Part shown: one piece after another, positions 1 to 9,733 of the stretch
Layout: the number at the start of each line of letters is the position of its first letter
Position numbering within the stretch: the stretch's first letter is position 1
Assembly: GCA_963702445.1 (NCBI GenBank)
Contig: CAVPCZ010000012.1
Location: 193,199-257,198, forward strand
Source: Ignavibacteriota bacterium
GTDB lineage: Bacteria; Bacteroidota; Ignavibacteria; UBA10030; UBA6906
Length of the DNA: 64,000 bases
Direction of reading: 5' to 3'
Made by a program: the position numbers and the translations under genes
The notes under the pieces: generated by a model
Databases searched by the model: none
The model's input: only the letters and a program-made list of their open reading frames with translations
What the model was told of the DNA's origin: nothing

Positions 1-874
1 ATCCCGTCAGTCCGCCCACCTTCCACGAGGCCACCAGGTCATCCACGATGTCCGCATAATCGCTGGCGGTATAGACGCCGATGTGCTGTGCCACCCTGGA
101 GAAACGGGTGAACAGCAGATCGTCCTGACCGTCATACATGAGCACCGCAGGCATCGTGATCTTCTTTTTCATCATCGCCGCAAATGCGCGGACGGCGCCG
201 GCGGGGTCAAGGACGAACACCTGCTCCATGAAGAGCTTGTACGCCTTTTCATGCCGGGCTTCATCACCGGCAATGACACCGCAGATGGTATGCAGGGAGT
301 CCTCCCCCGCCTTCTTCGCCATCGTGGCCACATTCCGGTGTGAGATCTTTGTGGCCCGTTCCTGGAAGGAGGTGTACACAAAACCGAGATACGGATCGTT
401 TTCCGTCTGGGGATCGAATCCCCGGTTGAGGAGATGGTGGATTGTCGTTTCCACCGCGCGCATGTTCACCCTGCCGCTGAAGGTGAGGTAGCGGTTGAGG
501 AGATCTCCATGGCGGTTTTCTTCGGCGGTCCATCCCCTGCTCCACCGGGCCCAGGGATCATCGCTTGTGCCGGTCGGATCCGTGAGTCCCTGCAGCCGGT
601 TCAACCAGGTCTGGTAAGTCGGCAGGGCCTCTTCCGTAACCATGTCGCCGACGAGAACGGCCAGTAAATCCTCCGGCAGCGCACGCGCCCGTTCGCGCAG
701 TGCCGTCAGGCGTTCGATCCATCCATCCCCTTGCAGGTCGGGCAAAAAGTCCGACGGCTGCCAGCTCTCCGCAACCGGCTTCAGCAGCGTGCCGATGTGC
801 CCGCTGACAAACCCCCGCATGCTCTGAACCACTTCGATGTGTTTCTCGATCGACATCGGTGCACCCTCCTCCAT
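1..874 (-). CDS. Soluble diiron acyl-[acyl-carrier-protein] desaturase, N-terminal ~291 aa (C-terminus lies beyond the window edge)
   Basis: Absent from the supplied ORF track because it is open at the window edge. Minus-strand translation from ATG 874 (alternative ATG 856) gives [46 protein letters not shown]...[18 protein letters not shown]...[21 protein letters not shown]. KPVExxWQPxDFLP, EENRHGD and QERATxISH are hallmark motifs of the stearoyl-ACP desaturase (DesA) family. I checked the frame at two places in the DNA. Confidence 0.85.
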   Translation of the reverse strand, partial: MEEGAPMSIEKHIEVVQSMRGFVSGHIGTLLKPVAESWQPSDFLPDLQGDGWIERLTALRERARALPEDLLAVLVGDMVTEEALPTYQTWLNRLQGLTDPTGTSDDPWARWSRGWTAEENRHGDLLNRYLTFSGRVNMRAVETTIHHLLNRGFDPQTENDPYLGFVYTSFQERATKISHRNVATMAKKAGEDSLHTICGVIAGDEARHEKAYKLFMEQVFVLDPAGAVRAFAAMMKKKITMPAVLMYDGQDDLLFTRFSRVAQHIGVYTASDYADIVDDLVASWKVGGLTG

Positions 875-916
875 GTCCGCACAATGTACAATATTCCCGC
901 CAATCCTCCAAGATTC

Positions 917-948
917 AAAAAAAAGCCCCGCTCGTGAGCGGGGCTTTT
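917..948 (-). terminator. Rho-independent terminator just downstream of the helicase gene (flanked by A8 and T4, so possibly bidirectional)
   Basis: aaaaaaaa-GCCCCGC-tcgtga-GCGGGGC-tttt. Read on the minus strand, a 7-bp GC stem is followed by T8 directly after the helicase stop at 952. Confidence 0.75.
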
Positions 949-951
949 CCC

Positions 952-2280
952 TCAGTAGTTGCGCCATCCGGAGGTCTTGTGGCCCGGGGAGGATGGGGAC
1001 CTCTTCCGGTCAGGTCTTTTTGTCTTTCCTGTACCATCGCGCTGCGGTTTCCGGCCCGAAGGGCGCGGCTGAGCATGCGTTCGCGCGGGAGCACTGCTGT
1101 GCGCATGGACGGATGCGTCGGGTCTTCCGCCATGTTCCGGCACAGGGGGAGTGAAGCCGGGATATTTCTGGACGGGAAACTTTTTTCCGACGAACTGTTC
1201 AATGCGCTTGAGGTGCAGCTGGTCCTCGCGGCCGACGAAGGTAATGGCGTCGCCGTTCGCACCGGCTCGTCCCGTCCGGCCGATCCGGTGAATGTAATCC
1301 TCCGCATAGTGGGGGATATCATAGTTGATGACGTGCGAGATACCGGTGACATCGATGCCGCGGGCGGCGATGTCCGTCGCCACGAGCACGCGGTATGTCC
1401 CCTGCTTGAATCCCTCCAGTGCGCGTTCGCGCTGCGCCTGCGTGCGGTTTGAATGGATGGCGACCGAGGTGATCTGCTTCCGTTCGAGACGCTTGCAGAT
1501 CTTGTCGGCCCCGTGCTTGGTGCGCGAGAAGATGAGCACAGACTGCATTTCCTCCCTGTCCAGGGCGTAGAAGAGCAGATCCATCTTCGCATCCTGGGAC
1601 GCGGAATAGAAATGCTGGACAATCGTTTCGACCGGATTGCGGCGTTCGCCCACTTCCACCGTTTGCGGATCCCGCAACACGAGCGCGGCCAGCGCGTTGA
1701 TTTCCCGGGAAAGCGTGGCGGAGAAGAGGAGCGTCTGCCGTTCGGCGGGCATCGCATCGATGATTTTCCGGACATCGCGGATGAACCCCATATCCAGCAT
1801 TCTGTCCGCTTCGTCCAGAACCAGGGTCTGGATGCGCGAGAGATCGATGCTGCGCCGCTGCATATGATCCAGGAGCCGCCCCGGGGTGGCAACGATGATA
1901 TCCGCGCCGCGGCGGAGGAGTGTGAGCTGCTTGTCCATGCTCACGCCCCCGTAGATGGAGACGGAGCGGAGCGTCAGAAAGCGTCCATAGGTGGCGACCG
2001 CGGTTTGCACCTGCTGCGCAAGTTCCCGCGTGGGAGTCAGCACCAGCGCCCGGGGATGACGTTCGCGCTTCCCGGCGACTTCTTGCTGCGAAAGACGCTG
2101 GAGCAATGGAAGCACAAAGGCGGCTGTTTTGCCTGTGCCGGTTTGCGCACAGCCGATAATGTCCTTGCCGGCAAGGGCCGGCTGGATGGCGAGCGTCTGG
2201 ATGGGAGTCGGCACGGTGTATCCCGCAGCGCGTACTCCTTGCATGATACGGTCGGAGAGACCGAGTTTGGTAAAGCCCAT
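952..2280 (-). CDS. rhlE: DEAD-box ATP-dependent RNA helicase (RhlE-like) with a basic C-terminal tail
   Basis: Q-motif region GYTVPTPIQ, motif [12 protein letters not shown], Ia [39 protein letters not shown]. The ATG at 2280 gives the conserved N-terminus MGFTKLGL. The ORF-track start at 2361 adds 27 non-conserved residues. Confidence 0.93.
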   Translation of the reverse strand: MGFTKLGLSDRIMQGVRAAGYTVPTPIQTLAIQPALAGKDIIGCAQTGTGKTAAFVLPLLQRLSQQEVAGKRERHPRALVLTPTRELAQQVQTAVATYGRFLTLRSVSIYGGVSMDKQLTLLRRGADIIVATPGRLLDHMQRRSIDLSRIQTLVLDEADRMLDMGFIRDVRKIIDAMPAERQTLLFSATLSREINALAALVLRDPQTVEVGERRNPVETIVQHFYSASQDAKMDLLFYALDREEMQSVLIFSRTKHGADKICKRLERKQITSVAIHSNRTQAQRERALEGFKQGTYRVLVATDIAARGIDVTGISHVINYDIPHYAEDYIHRIGRTGRAGANGDAITFVGREDQLHLKRIEQFVGKKFPVQKYPGFTPPVPEHGGRPDASVHAHSSAPARTHAQPRPSGRKPQRDGTGKTKRPDRKRSPSSPGHKTSGWRNY

Positions 2281-2555
2281 GAAACAACCCTTGAAATAAT
2301 GGAGAAAACCGTGAACCGCCGCGGCACGCAACATTGCGTGCAGGCGATCCTGCACAACCATACAGGTGATGGGAAGCGAAAGGAGGGCGGTGAAAAAACC
2401 TAGCGTTTCGTCATCGGAAAGCGACTTTCAAACGTCCGCTTCCGATACATGGAGACCGGTTGCGGAATGCCTGTCCGCCTTGCGGCGAACTGCTGGTTTG
2501 CAGTGCTCTACGGTACCGTTTTTTCCGGTCAATTCCTAATCCGGCCCGGGAGGCA

Positions 2556-3560
2556 TCAGCGCCAGGCGTCAAACACCGCTTGCACGTTTTCGCTTGAGTT
2601 GTCCTTCCCCCACTCGCACTGCGCAATCACACCGCCCTTTCCGTTGTCCAGCGCCGCGCGCACCCGCTGCACGGCGTTCTGCACATCACCCGTCGTGCCG
2701 TAGGGAAGAATCTGCTGCCTGTCGATCTCCCCCCAGAAGGTCACCTTGCCCCGGTATCTCCGTCCGAGTTCTTCAATGTTCATGCAGAAGAGCTGTGAGT
2801 TGAGGGCATCAACGCCGACTTCAATCAGATCGCCGTAGATGGCCTCGATATTCCCGTCCGAGTGGAAGAAGACAAATTTCCCGGCTGCGTGGATGATGTC
2901 GCAGTAGGCCTTGTAGAGAGGCTTGAATATGGCCCGCCACATATCCGGACTTATAAGGAGCGCGGTGTTGGAACCCCAGTCATCCATAAGGGCGACCGCG
3001 TCCACATTGCTGCGCGCCCACCGGGCCACATCTTCCAGATAATATTCGTGCACCATCGCGATGAGCGTCCGCACCTCGGCGGTGTCATAGGCAAGATCGA
3101 TGTAGAGATTCTCGGTGCCGCGGAGAAACTGCAGGCGTTCAAACGGCCGCGCACAGACACCCGACGTCATGAACTTCTCACTCGCTTCACACGCCCGGTT
3201 GATGTACTCCCAGTCACGTGAACGGAGAAATTCACGCGGCGGCCGGAAGTGCGGCAGATGTTCCCAGCTTTCCAGGACGGGGTGTTTGACCTCGCCGATA
3301 ACCCCCGGTTCGCCGACCTGCCAGACACTCCCCCATTCATCCGTATAGGTGCCGGGACGGGAAAGCTTCTGCAGATCCTGGTCGTCCGACCCGGGACTCA
3401 ATTCTGGACGTCCGAAGTCAATCGGGTAGCGGTCAAGCAGGGCGTCCAGCTCTGCTTTCCGGAAGAGGGAGACATACGGCAGAACCCACAGATCGCGCGC
3501 CGCACGGTCGGGTTGTGCAAAGGTGAGGGTCGAGCGGACCCGTTCGCGGGAAGTCATCAT
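2556..3560 (-). CDS. Uroporphyrinogen decarboxylase (URO-D/MtaA-like) family protein, specific function unknown
   Basis: The 334-aa ORF has the overall pattern of URO-D-fold proteins ([21 protein letters not shown]). Family-level recognition only. Confidence 0.6.
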   Translation of the reverse strand: MMTSRERVRSTLTFAQPDRAARDLWVLPYVSLFRKAELDALLDRYPIDFGRPELSPGSDDQDLQKLSRPGTYTDEWGSVWQVGEPGVIGEVKHPVLESWEHLPHFRPPREFLRSRDWEYINRACEASEKFMTSGVCARPFERLQFLRGTENLYIDLAYDTAEVRTLIAMVHEYYLEDVARWARSNVDAVALMDDWGSNTALLISPDMWRAIFKPLYKAYCDIIHAAGKFVFFHSDGNIEAIYGDLIEVGVDALNSQLFCMNIEELGRRYRGKVTFWGEIDRQQILPYGTTGDVQNAVQRVRAALDNGKGGVIAQCEWGKDNSSENVQAVFDAWR

Positions 3561-3745
3561 TGGTCGGTCATCTCGCTTTCGCTACTTTGCGTCCATTGGC
3601 ACATACAAGATATACCGGATTCTCCCGAGTGTCAACAGCCTCCCCGATTTTGCATGCTGTGGAAAAATCCTGTACATTCATTCAGAAACCGGGTGTGCGG
3701 GTGCACCACCCTCCCCGGATCATACATCAACGAAGGAAAGCTTCC

Positions 3746-4492
3746 ATGAAAAAGGTCGTGCTCCTCCGCCACGGCGAAAGCACCTGGAACAAGGAAAACC
3801 GGTTTACAGGATGGACCGATGTGGGGCTCAGCGAAAAAGGTCTGCTTGAGGCACACGAGGCCGGCCGGACCCTGAAGAAGGAAGGATTCGTCTTCGACGT
3901 TGCATTCACATCGGTTCTCACGCGGGCCATTAAGACACTCTGGATATCGCTGGAGGAGCTGGACCAGATGTGGATTCCGGTCCTCCATCACTGGCGCCTT
4001 AACGAGCGTCACTACGGGGCACTCCAGGGCTTGAACAAGGCGGAAACCGCCGAAAAGCACGGAATGGACCAGGTAAAAATCTGGCGGCGGAGTTACGACA
4101 TCCCGCCTCCGGCACTGACCCCGGAGGATCCGCGCTATCCCGGCAAGGACCCACGCTACGCCGGGCTCACCGGCCGTGATCTCCCCCTGACCGAGTCGCT
4201 CAAAGACACCGTCGCCCGGTTTCTTCCGCACTGGCACGACACGATTGCGCCGGCCGTGACGAGCGGCAGGCGGGTGCTGATCGCGGCGCACGGGAACAGC
4301 CTGCGGGCGCTGGTGAAATACCTGGACAACGTCTCCGATCAGGATATCGTCGAGCTGAACATTCCTACGGGCATTCCGCTGGTCTACGAACTGGACGACA
4401 CCCTGAAGCCCCTCCGGCACTACTATCTCGGCGACCAGGCCGCGATTGCAGCCGCGGCAAAAGCCGTTGCGGACCAGACAAAGAAGAAGTGA
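3746..4492 (+). CDS. gpmA: 2,3-bisphosphoglycerate-dependent phosphoglycerate mutase
   Basis: [21 protein letters not shown] (RHGE catalytic His motif), [19 protein letters not shown]. The ATG at 3746 gives the canonical N-terminus [12 protein letters not shown]. The upstream part of the ORF-track frame is non-conserved. Confidence 0.95.
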   Translation: MKKVVLLRHGESTWNKENRFTGWTDVGLSEKGLLEAHEAGRTLKKEGFVFDVAFTSVLTRAIKTLWISLEELDQMWIPVLHHWRLNERHYGALQGLNKAETAEKHGMDQVKIWRRSYDIPPPALTPEDPRYPGKDPRYAGLTGRDLPLTESLKDTVARFLPHWHDTIAPAVTSGRRVLIAAHGNSLRALVKYLDNVSDQDIVELNIPTGIPLVYELDDTLKPLRHYYLGDQAAIAAAAKAVADQTKKK

Positions 4493-4511
4493 CCCGGGTA
4501 ACCCGGCGTGA

Positions 4512-5750
4512 TCATCCGGCCCGGAGTGTTCTTCCGGGCCGGTCCTGTTCAGAGGCAAAGCCCAGTTTCCGTTCCGCAACAAGAAAGTACGGGATGGCAA
4601 ATCCCGCAAGCGCCGCGGCAGAACCGAAGGCAACCACAAATCCGTATTGTTCTATCAGCAGGCCGGTAACCATCGAGCCGCTCCCGATTCCCGTGTCAAA
4701 GGCCGAGAGGACGCTGCCGAATGCGGCGCCGCGCCGGTCTTCGGGCACGTGCTCGATCACATAGGCGGAGTAGGCCGGATAGGTGTTCCCCACACCCGCA
4801 CCATAGACAATCGCCGCGATGACCAGCATGCTCGCAGAGCTTCCCACGGCGAGCAGGAGCATCCCCAGGAAGATCAGTCCGAGGCAGGGAAGAATTATCC
4901 GCCGGTGTCCTATCCGGTCGGCCAGCACACCGGAAAAGGGGCGTGTCACGAGAATCACCACCGCCATAACGGTGAAGAACAAACCCGCCGGGTGAATACC
5001 CTGTGCCCGGGCATACACCGCCGCGAAACTCGTAATTCCGCCGTGTCCCACCGCGTAAAGAAAGAGCGCACCCGAAAGACCCAGCACGCGCCATTCGATG
5101 AGATCACGGAACCGGGGAAGAGCCGGCGGCGCGGAGGATTGCCGGACGGGTTCAGGAAGCAGGAATGCAACACAGGCCATCAGCACATTCAGCAGGGCGA
5201 TAGACGCGCAGACCCATCCCCACCCGAATTCGTATATCCAGAGACCCAGGGGTGGAGCGGCCGCAATAGCAAGAATGCTGGACATCCCCCAGTAGCCGAT
5301 GCCCTCCGCACGCCGGTGCGGCGGAATGATGTCACTGATATAGGCGGACGATGCGGAGAGCAGGCCGGACCAGAATATCCCGTGGAACACCACCAGCACG
5401 AGAGGGACTTCCACGTTCGTGCTCACTCCATATCCAGCGGCGAAGACAATCTGTGCCACACTGCAGATGAGAAGCATGCGCCGCCTTCCAAGACGATCCG
5501 CCAGACCGCCGGTCACGGGAGCCGACAGCGCCGAAGCATAGGTGAGAAATCCGAGAAAAAGACCGGCCGTGAACTTGGTGCCTCCCAGGTCCATCATCCG
5601 GAACGGCGCTGTCGGGAAGAGCTGGAAGGCCGAAAGGAAAACGGTGAATGTGAAAAGACACATCACGAAGAAGCGGGGAGTGAACAGCCGGTCATCCCGG
5701 GGAGAGGTCCCGGCACCGGGGGTTGCGCGTGAGGGCGATTCACCGCTCAT
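4512..5750 (-). CDS. MFS transporter
   Basis: About 12 hydrophobic segments. MFS loop 2-3 signature GGLADRLGRRRML and a second copy, GVLADRIGHRRI, in the C-terminal half. The start overlaps the upstream stop by ATGA (5747-5750). Confidence 0.85.
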   Translation of the reverse strand: MSGESPSRATPGAGTSPRDDRLFTPRFFVMCLFTFTVFLSAFQLFPTAPFRMMDLGGTKFTAGLFLGFLTYASALSAPVTGGLADRLGRRRMLLICSVAQIVFAAGYGVSTNVEVPLVLVVFHGIFWSGLLSASSAYISDIIPPHRRAEGIGYWGMSSILAIAAAPPLGLWIYEFGWGWVCASIALLNVLMACVAFLLPEPVRQSSAPPALPRFRDLIEWRVLGLSGALFLYAVGHGGITSFAAVYARAQGIHPAGLFFTVMAVVILVTRPFSGVLADRIGHRRIILPCLGLIFLGMLLLAVGSSASMLVIAAIVYGAGVGNTYPAYSAYVIEHVPEDRRGAAFGSVLSAFDTGIGSGSMVTGLLIEQYGFVVAFGSAAALAGFAIPYFLVAERKLGFASEQDRPGRTLRAG

Positions 5751-7249
5751 GGGGTATCGAGCGAAGAGCTCATCGGGGGCAACACGGGCACATTTCCGTG
5801 CCGGTACACCGCCGTCGACGCGAGGATCTTCTTCAGCATTCTGACAGCGGCCAGGACGTGCGGTCCTTTGTTAAGCATCACGCAGTCGGCTCTTCCGGCC
5901 TGGGCCGCATCCAGGACCTCCGCCCGCGAGGGAATCCCCTTCCTGGTCAGTTTTTCCAGAACCTGCGTGGCAATGAATACCGGCATGTGCGCGGCCCCGG
6001 CACACATGAGGATTTCTTCCTGGATGCGCGCCAGCTGTTCCCATCCGCATTCCACCGCGAGATCGCCGCGCGCGATGAGCAGCCCGGTTGCCGGACGCCG
6101 CATTGCCGCCATAACGATGGCAGTCAGACGGCGGTAGGCCTGCTGTGTCTCTATCTTCACTACGACGCCGAGGTGCCCGCCATGTATCCGTCGCAGTGCG
6201 GCGTGCAGGGCGTGAACGTCATCCGGGCCGTGGACAAATGAGAGGCTGACAATGTCGGCATGTTCGGCGACGAAATGCAGGTGACGCAGGTCAGCCCGGG
6301 TGAGCCCGGCGGGAAGGCGGCGGGTCATCGGAAGATTGATCCCTTTGTCCGCCCGCAGGTTTGCAGAAACACCTGCCGTGCGGAGGATTTTTACGTGCAT
6401 CGTTCCGGGAGAGACGCTCTGAACCACGCCCTCAATGATTCCGTCATCAAAGAAGATGGGATCACCGCTCCGCACACAGGAGAAGATCCCGGGAAAAGAG
6501 CACGAAATGTGGCCCGGCCGGAGACAGCGGCCGCGGCGGTCCTCCACCGCGCGTGCACCCGGAAGGGGTACGCGGTGGATCACCAGTTCGTCTCCGGGTT
6601 TGAGGGGGATTCTCTCCTGCCGCCGGCCGCCGGAGGTCTGGGCGATCGGCCCGGTGCGCACTTTGGGGCCGCCCAGATCCATCAGCACCCGGCACGGGCG
6701 TCCCGTCCGGCGGGACGCATTCCTCACCTGTGATATCAGCGGCTTCCATGTCTCCGGGCCACCCATCGCACAATTGATCCGCACCACGTTCATCCCCCCG
6801 GTCATCAGCGCCGCGATACGTCCCGGGTCTTCCAGGATGTCATCCGGGAGGGTCACCATGATGCGCGTTCCCTTCACGCGTCGCCCGCCGAAGAGATCCG
6901 CGGTATGCTGCGCGCGCAATGCGTTGGCCCGGCGGACCGAAAGATGGGCAGGGCCGGTTTCCGGTTTCACGCCGAGAGTGAGCTGCAGGAGGTGCCGGAT
7001 ATTCCGCACTGTGGCTTCCACGTGGGAAACGGCATTCCCGGGGGATGAAATACCCAGTTCTTCAAGGCGTTGCTGCATCTGCCGCATATCCTGCTCGCGC
7101 AGGGCGACGTACGCAAGGAGATTCCGTGCGCTTTCTGCATATGACGGATGCACACCCTTCAAAATCCGGGCGTGCCGGCGCTCGAGTTGTGCCGTCCTCT
7201 CCAGAATGCGTTCCAGGCGGCTGAGTATGGTTGTGGTTCCAGGCATCAT
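5747..7249 (-). CDS. Pyruvate-kinase-family protein with a ~125-aa N-terminal helical extension and no C-terminal regulatory domain
   Basis: PK barrel motifs are present: RIMVTLP, GMNVVRINCAMG, MDLGGPKVRTG, KGINLP, DIVSLSFV, VVKIETQQA, IARGDLAVECG, PVFIATQVLE, PSRAEVLD. The protein ends right after the barrel (MLNKGPH...). Confidence 0.7.
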   Translation of the reverse strand: MMPGTTTILSRLERILERTAQLERRHARILKGVHPSYAESARNLLAYVALREQDMRQMQQRLEELGISSPGNAVSHVEATVRNIRHLLQLTLGVKPETGPAHLSVRRANALRAQHTADLFGGRRVKGTRIMVTLPDDILEDPGRIAALMTGGMNVVRINCAMGGPETWKPLISQVRNASRRTGRPCRVLMDLGGPKVRTGPIAQTSGGRRQERIPLKPGDELVIHRVPLPGARAVEDRRGRCLRPGHISCSFPGIFSCVRSGDPIFFDDGIIEGVVQSVSPGTMHVKILRTAGVSANLRADKGINLPMTRRLPAGLTRADLRHLHFVAEHADIVSLSFVHGPDDVHALHAALRRIHGGHLGVVVKIETQQAYRRLTAIVMAAMRRPATGLLIARGDLAVECGWEQLARIQEEILMCAGAAHMPVFIATQVLEKLTRKGIPSRAEVLDAAQAGRADCVMLNKGPHVLAAVRMLKKILASTAVYRHGNVPVLPPMSSSLDTP

Positions 7250-7303
7250 GGGTGGAGATCCGGGTGAAGGTCGATGCGGAAAAAGAACGGCGGCAGGCGG
7301 GGA

Positions 7304-8707
7304 CTACACCGTCCGCGAGAAGACCGGTTTTGTTCCGGTCATCTTCTCAAGGTAGGCATCGAAGCACATGGCGATGTTGCGCAGCAGCAGCCGTCCCGAT
7401 CCGACGATGGAGATGCGTTCATCCGACAGCTCCACCAGCCCGTCGACCTGCAGGGGGCGGAGGGCGGCAAGGGAAGAGGCAAAGTACTCCTCGAAACGGA
7501 TGCCGAATTTCCGCTCAACGGAAGGGATATGCAGATCGAGATCGCACATCAATCGCATGATCACATGCTTGCGGATGTGGTCATCCTCCGTCATCCGGTA
7601 CCCGATGTGTGTGGCAAGCCGGCCCCCATCGAGTGCCCCGTAGTATTCGGGAAGCTGTTTGGCATTCTGTGCGTACACATCCCGGAAGTGGCTGATCGAC
7701 GACATGCCGAAGCCGTACAGATCCGCGCCGGAGCGGGTGGAATACCCCTGGAAATTCCTGTAGAGCGTCCGTTCCGCGCGTGCGACGGCCAGTTCGTCAT
7801 CCGGTTTCGCAAAGTGATCCATGCCGATGTACTCGTAGCCGCTGGACGTCAGCAGCTCAATGGCCATCTTCAGTATTTCCAGCTTCTGTTCCGGGGACGG
7901 GAGGTCATCCTGATTGACCAGTTTCTGGTGCGGCTTGAGCCAGGGAACATGTGCATAGTTGAACACCGCAATGCGGTCGGGATTGTACGAGATGACCGTC
8001 CGGATGGTCTTTTCAAATGATGCGACCGTCTGGTGCGGGAGGCCGTACATCAGATCGAGGTTGATGCCGTTGAATCCGAGCTCGCGCGCCCAGAGGTACA
8101 CCTGGCGTGACACCCATTCCGGCTGGATCCGGTTCACCGCCGTCTGTACCTGCAGTTCAAAATCCTGCACTCCCATGCTCATGCGGTTGAATCCCGCATC
8201 GCGGAGCGCCTCCATGTGGGTCCGGTCAAGTTCGCGGGGATCCACCTCGACGCTTGCCTCGGCATCCGGCGCAAAACGGAACGCCTCCCGGAAAGCCCCG
8301 GCGATATCGAGGATTTGCGCAGGCGACAGGTGGGTGGGCGTGCCGCCGCCCCAGTGCAACTGCGTGACCCGCCGCCCCGGGGCGATCAGCGGAGCGACAA
8401 GCGCGATTTCCTTTTTGAGGTATTCAAGGTATTCCTCGATCCGCCGGCGGTCGCGCGTGACCAGCATGGTGCAGCCGCAAAAATAGCAGAGCGTGTCACA
8501 AAAGGGAAAATGGACGTACAGGGAAATATCCGAAACCACACCGGGGGAATTTGTTGCAGCAATTTCGCTCTGGAAGTCACCGGCACCGAACGTGGGCTGG
8601 AAGACCGGAGCGGTCGGATAACTGGTATACCGCGGTCCCGGCCGGTCGTATTTTTGAAGAAGGCGGATATCAATGTTCGAGAACGGGCGTCCCATGTATT
8701 CCTCCAT
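7304..8707 (-). CDS. hemN: Oxygen-independent coproporphyrinogen III oxidase (radical SAM)
   Basis: N-terminal YDRPGPRYTSYPTAP and the radical-SAM cluster motif YVHFPFCDTLCYFCGC. The length and C-terminal HemN domain fit. Start taken at ATG 8707 (alternative 8695); the ORF-track start at 8827 adds non-conserved sequence. Confidence 0.9.
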   Translation of the reverse strand: MEEYMGRPFSNIDIRLLQKYDRPGPRYTSYPTAPVFQPTFGAGDFQSEIAATNSPGVVSDISLYVHFPFCDTLCYFCGCTMLVTRDRRRIEEYLEYLKKEIALVAPLIAPGRRVTQLHWGGGTPTHLSPAQILDIAGAFREAFRFAPDAEASVEVDPRELDRTHMEALRDAGFNRMSMGVQDFELQVQTAVNRIQPEWVSRQVYLWARELGFNGINLDLMYGLPHQTVASFEKTIRTVISYNPDRIAVFNYAHVPWLKPHQKLVNQDDLPSPEQKLEILKMAIELLTSSGYEYIGMDHFAKPDDELAVARAERTLYRNFQGYSTRSGADLYGFGMSSISHFRDVYAQNAKQLPEYYGALDGGRLATHIGYRMTEDDHIRKHVIMRLMCDLDLHIPSVERKFGIRFEEYFASSLAALRPLQVDGLVELSDERISIVGSGRLLLRNIAMCFDAYLEKMTGTKPVFSRTV

Positions 8708-8763
8708 CACATTGAATAACGTAGCGAGATTCGCGCGGAATTGCAACCCTCGCCCGTGTCGCG

Positions 8764-9228
8764 CTACTGCACCATGATGGTGGGACTCACCTCGACAATC
8801 GAGGCGATGGAATTCGCCACGAGGCAATGCTTCTCCGCCTCGCGCAGTATATCATGGACCTCCGATTCTGCGACCGAGCTGCAAACGGCGATGGTCGGGA
8901 AGATGACAATACGCGTGAACCGGTAGTCACCCTCGACATACTCCAGAACGCCGTTTGCATGACTGCGGTAACTCAGTATGGAGATGTTCCGCCTCTCTGC
9001 AAACGCCAGGAAGGTGTTCATGTGGCACATCTCCACCGACCCCACGAACATCTCTTCCGGTGTCCAGGCGTTTCGTTCGCCTTTGAACTCGGGCGGACTG
9101 GATATCCGGATGGTGGGTTTTCCTTCGGAGGAAAGTGTCCCGGACCGTCCTTCGATCCACACCGTGCTGGTCTTGTACGTGAAGGACTTGGTCCGGAGAG
9201 CTGTCTGTCGGGTTGTTTCCATGGTCAT
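8764..9228 (-). CDS. OsmC/Ohr-family peroxiredoxin-like protein
   Basis: The 154-aa size and pattern match the OsmC family (PEEMFVGSVEMCHMNTF ... EKHCLVANS, the two conserved Cys regions). ATGA overlap with the leuD-like stop. Confidence 0.7.
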   Translation of the reverse strand: MTMETTRQTALRTKSFTYKTSTVWIEGRSGTLSSEGKPTIRISSPPEFKGERNAWTPEEMFVGSVEMCHMNTFLAFAERRNISILSYRSHANGVLEYVEGDYRFTRIVIFPTIAVCSSVAESEVHDILREAEKHCLVANSIASIVEVSPTIMVQ

Positions 9229-9731
9229 GTCGTTGGGGCGTGCGCGCGCTGCAGAAGGCGTTTCCGGGTATACGCAATGAGGCCGCCGGCGTCGAGAATC
9301 GCCTGCCGGGCGGGGGGCAACGGCTCGATATGCGCCGAGGATCCCGTCGTGGTATTGATGATCCTGTCCTTTTCGACCACCAGATCATCCCCCTCGCCGG
9401 CCGTCAGATCGGGCGCCACAACCAGAGGCAGACCGAGGTTGATGGCGTTCTGGAGAAAGATCCGGGCGATGCTCTTCGCGACAATGGTGAGCCCGTGTCC
9501 CTTGAGCGTGGAGACGGCCTGTTCCCGGGATGAACCGCAGCCGAAGTTGCTGCCGGCGAGGATGATACTGCCCGGCGGGATCTGCTTCGCCTTCAACTTC
9601 CCGTTCAGGACGGCATCGTCTGCAAAGGCAAACTGCGGCGTTTCAGAAGGCAGGACTGTGGCCATATAACGGCCCGGATAGATGACGTCCGTGGAGATGT
9701 CATCGCCTATGCAATAGACAACCTGCGCCAT
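9225..9731 (-). CDS. Aconitase-superfamily dehydratase small subunit (LeuD/HacB type, short ~165-aa form)
   Basis: DISTDVIYPGRY and GSNFGCGSSREQA are the swivel-domain motifs of LeuD-like subunits. Confidence 0.85.
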   Translation of the reverse strand: MAQVVYCIGDDISTDVIYPGRYMATVLPSETPQFAFADDAVLNGKLKAKQIPPGSIILAGSNFGCGSSREQAVSTLKGHGLTIVAKSIARIFLQNAINLGLPLVVAPDLTAGEGDDLVVEKDRIINTTTGSSAHIEPLPPARQAILDAGGLIAYTRKRLLQRAHAPTT

Positions 9732-9733
9732 GA

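Noticed and set aside
4516-4542. A perfect 10-bp hairpin (CCGGCCCGGA gtgttct TCCGGGCCGG) between the convergent gpmA and MFS genes
   Set aside because: It lies inside the 3' end of the MFS coding sequence and has no U-tract on either strand. I do not call it an intrinsic terminator, though it could still stabilise the mRNA 3' ends.
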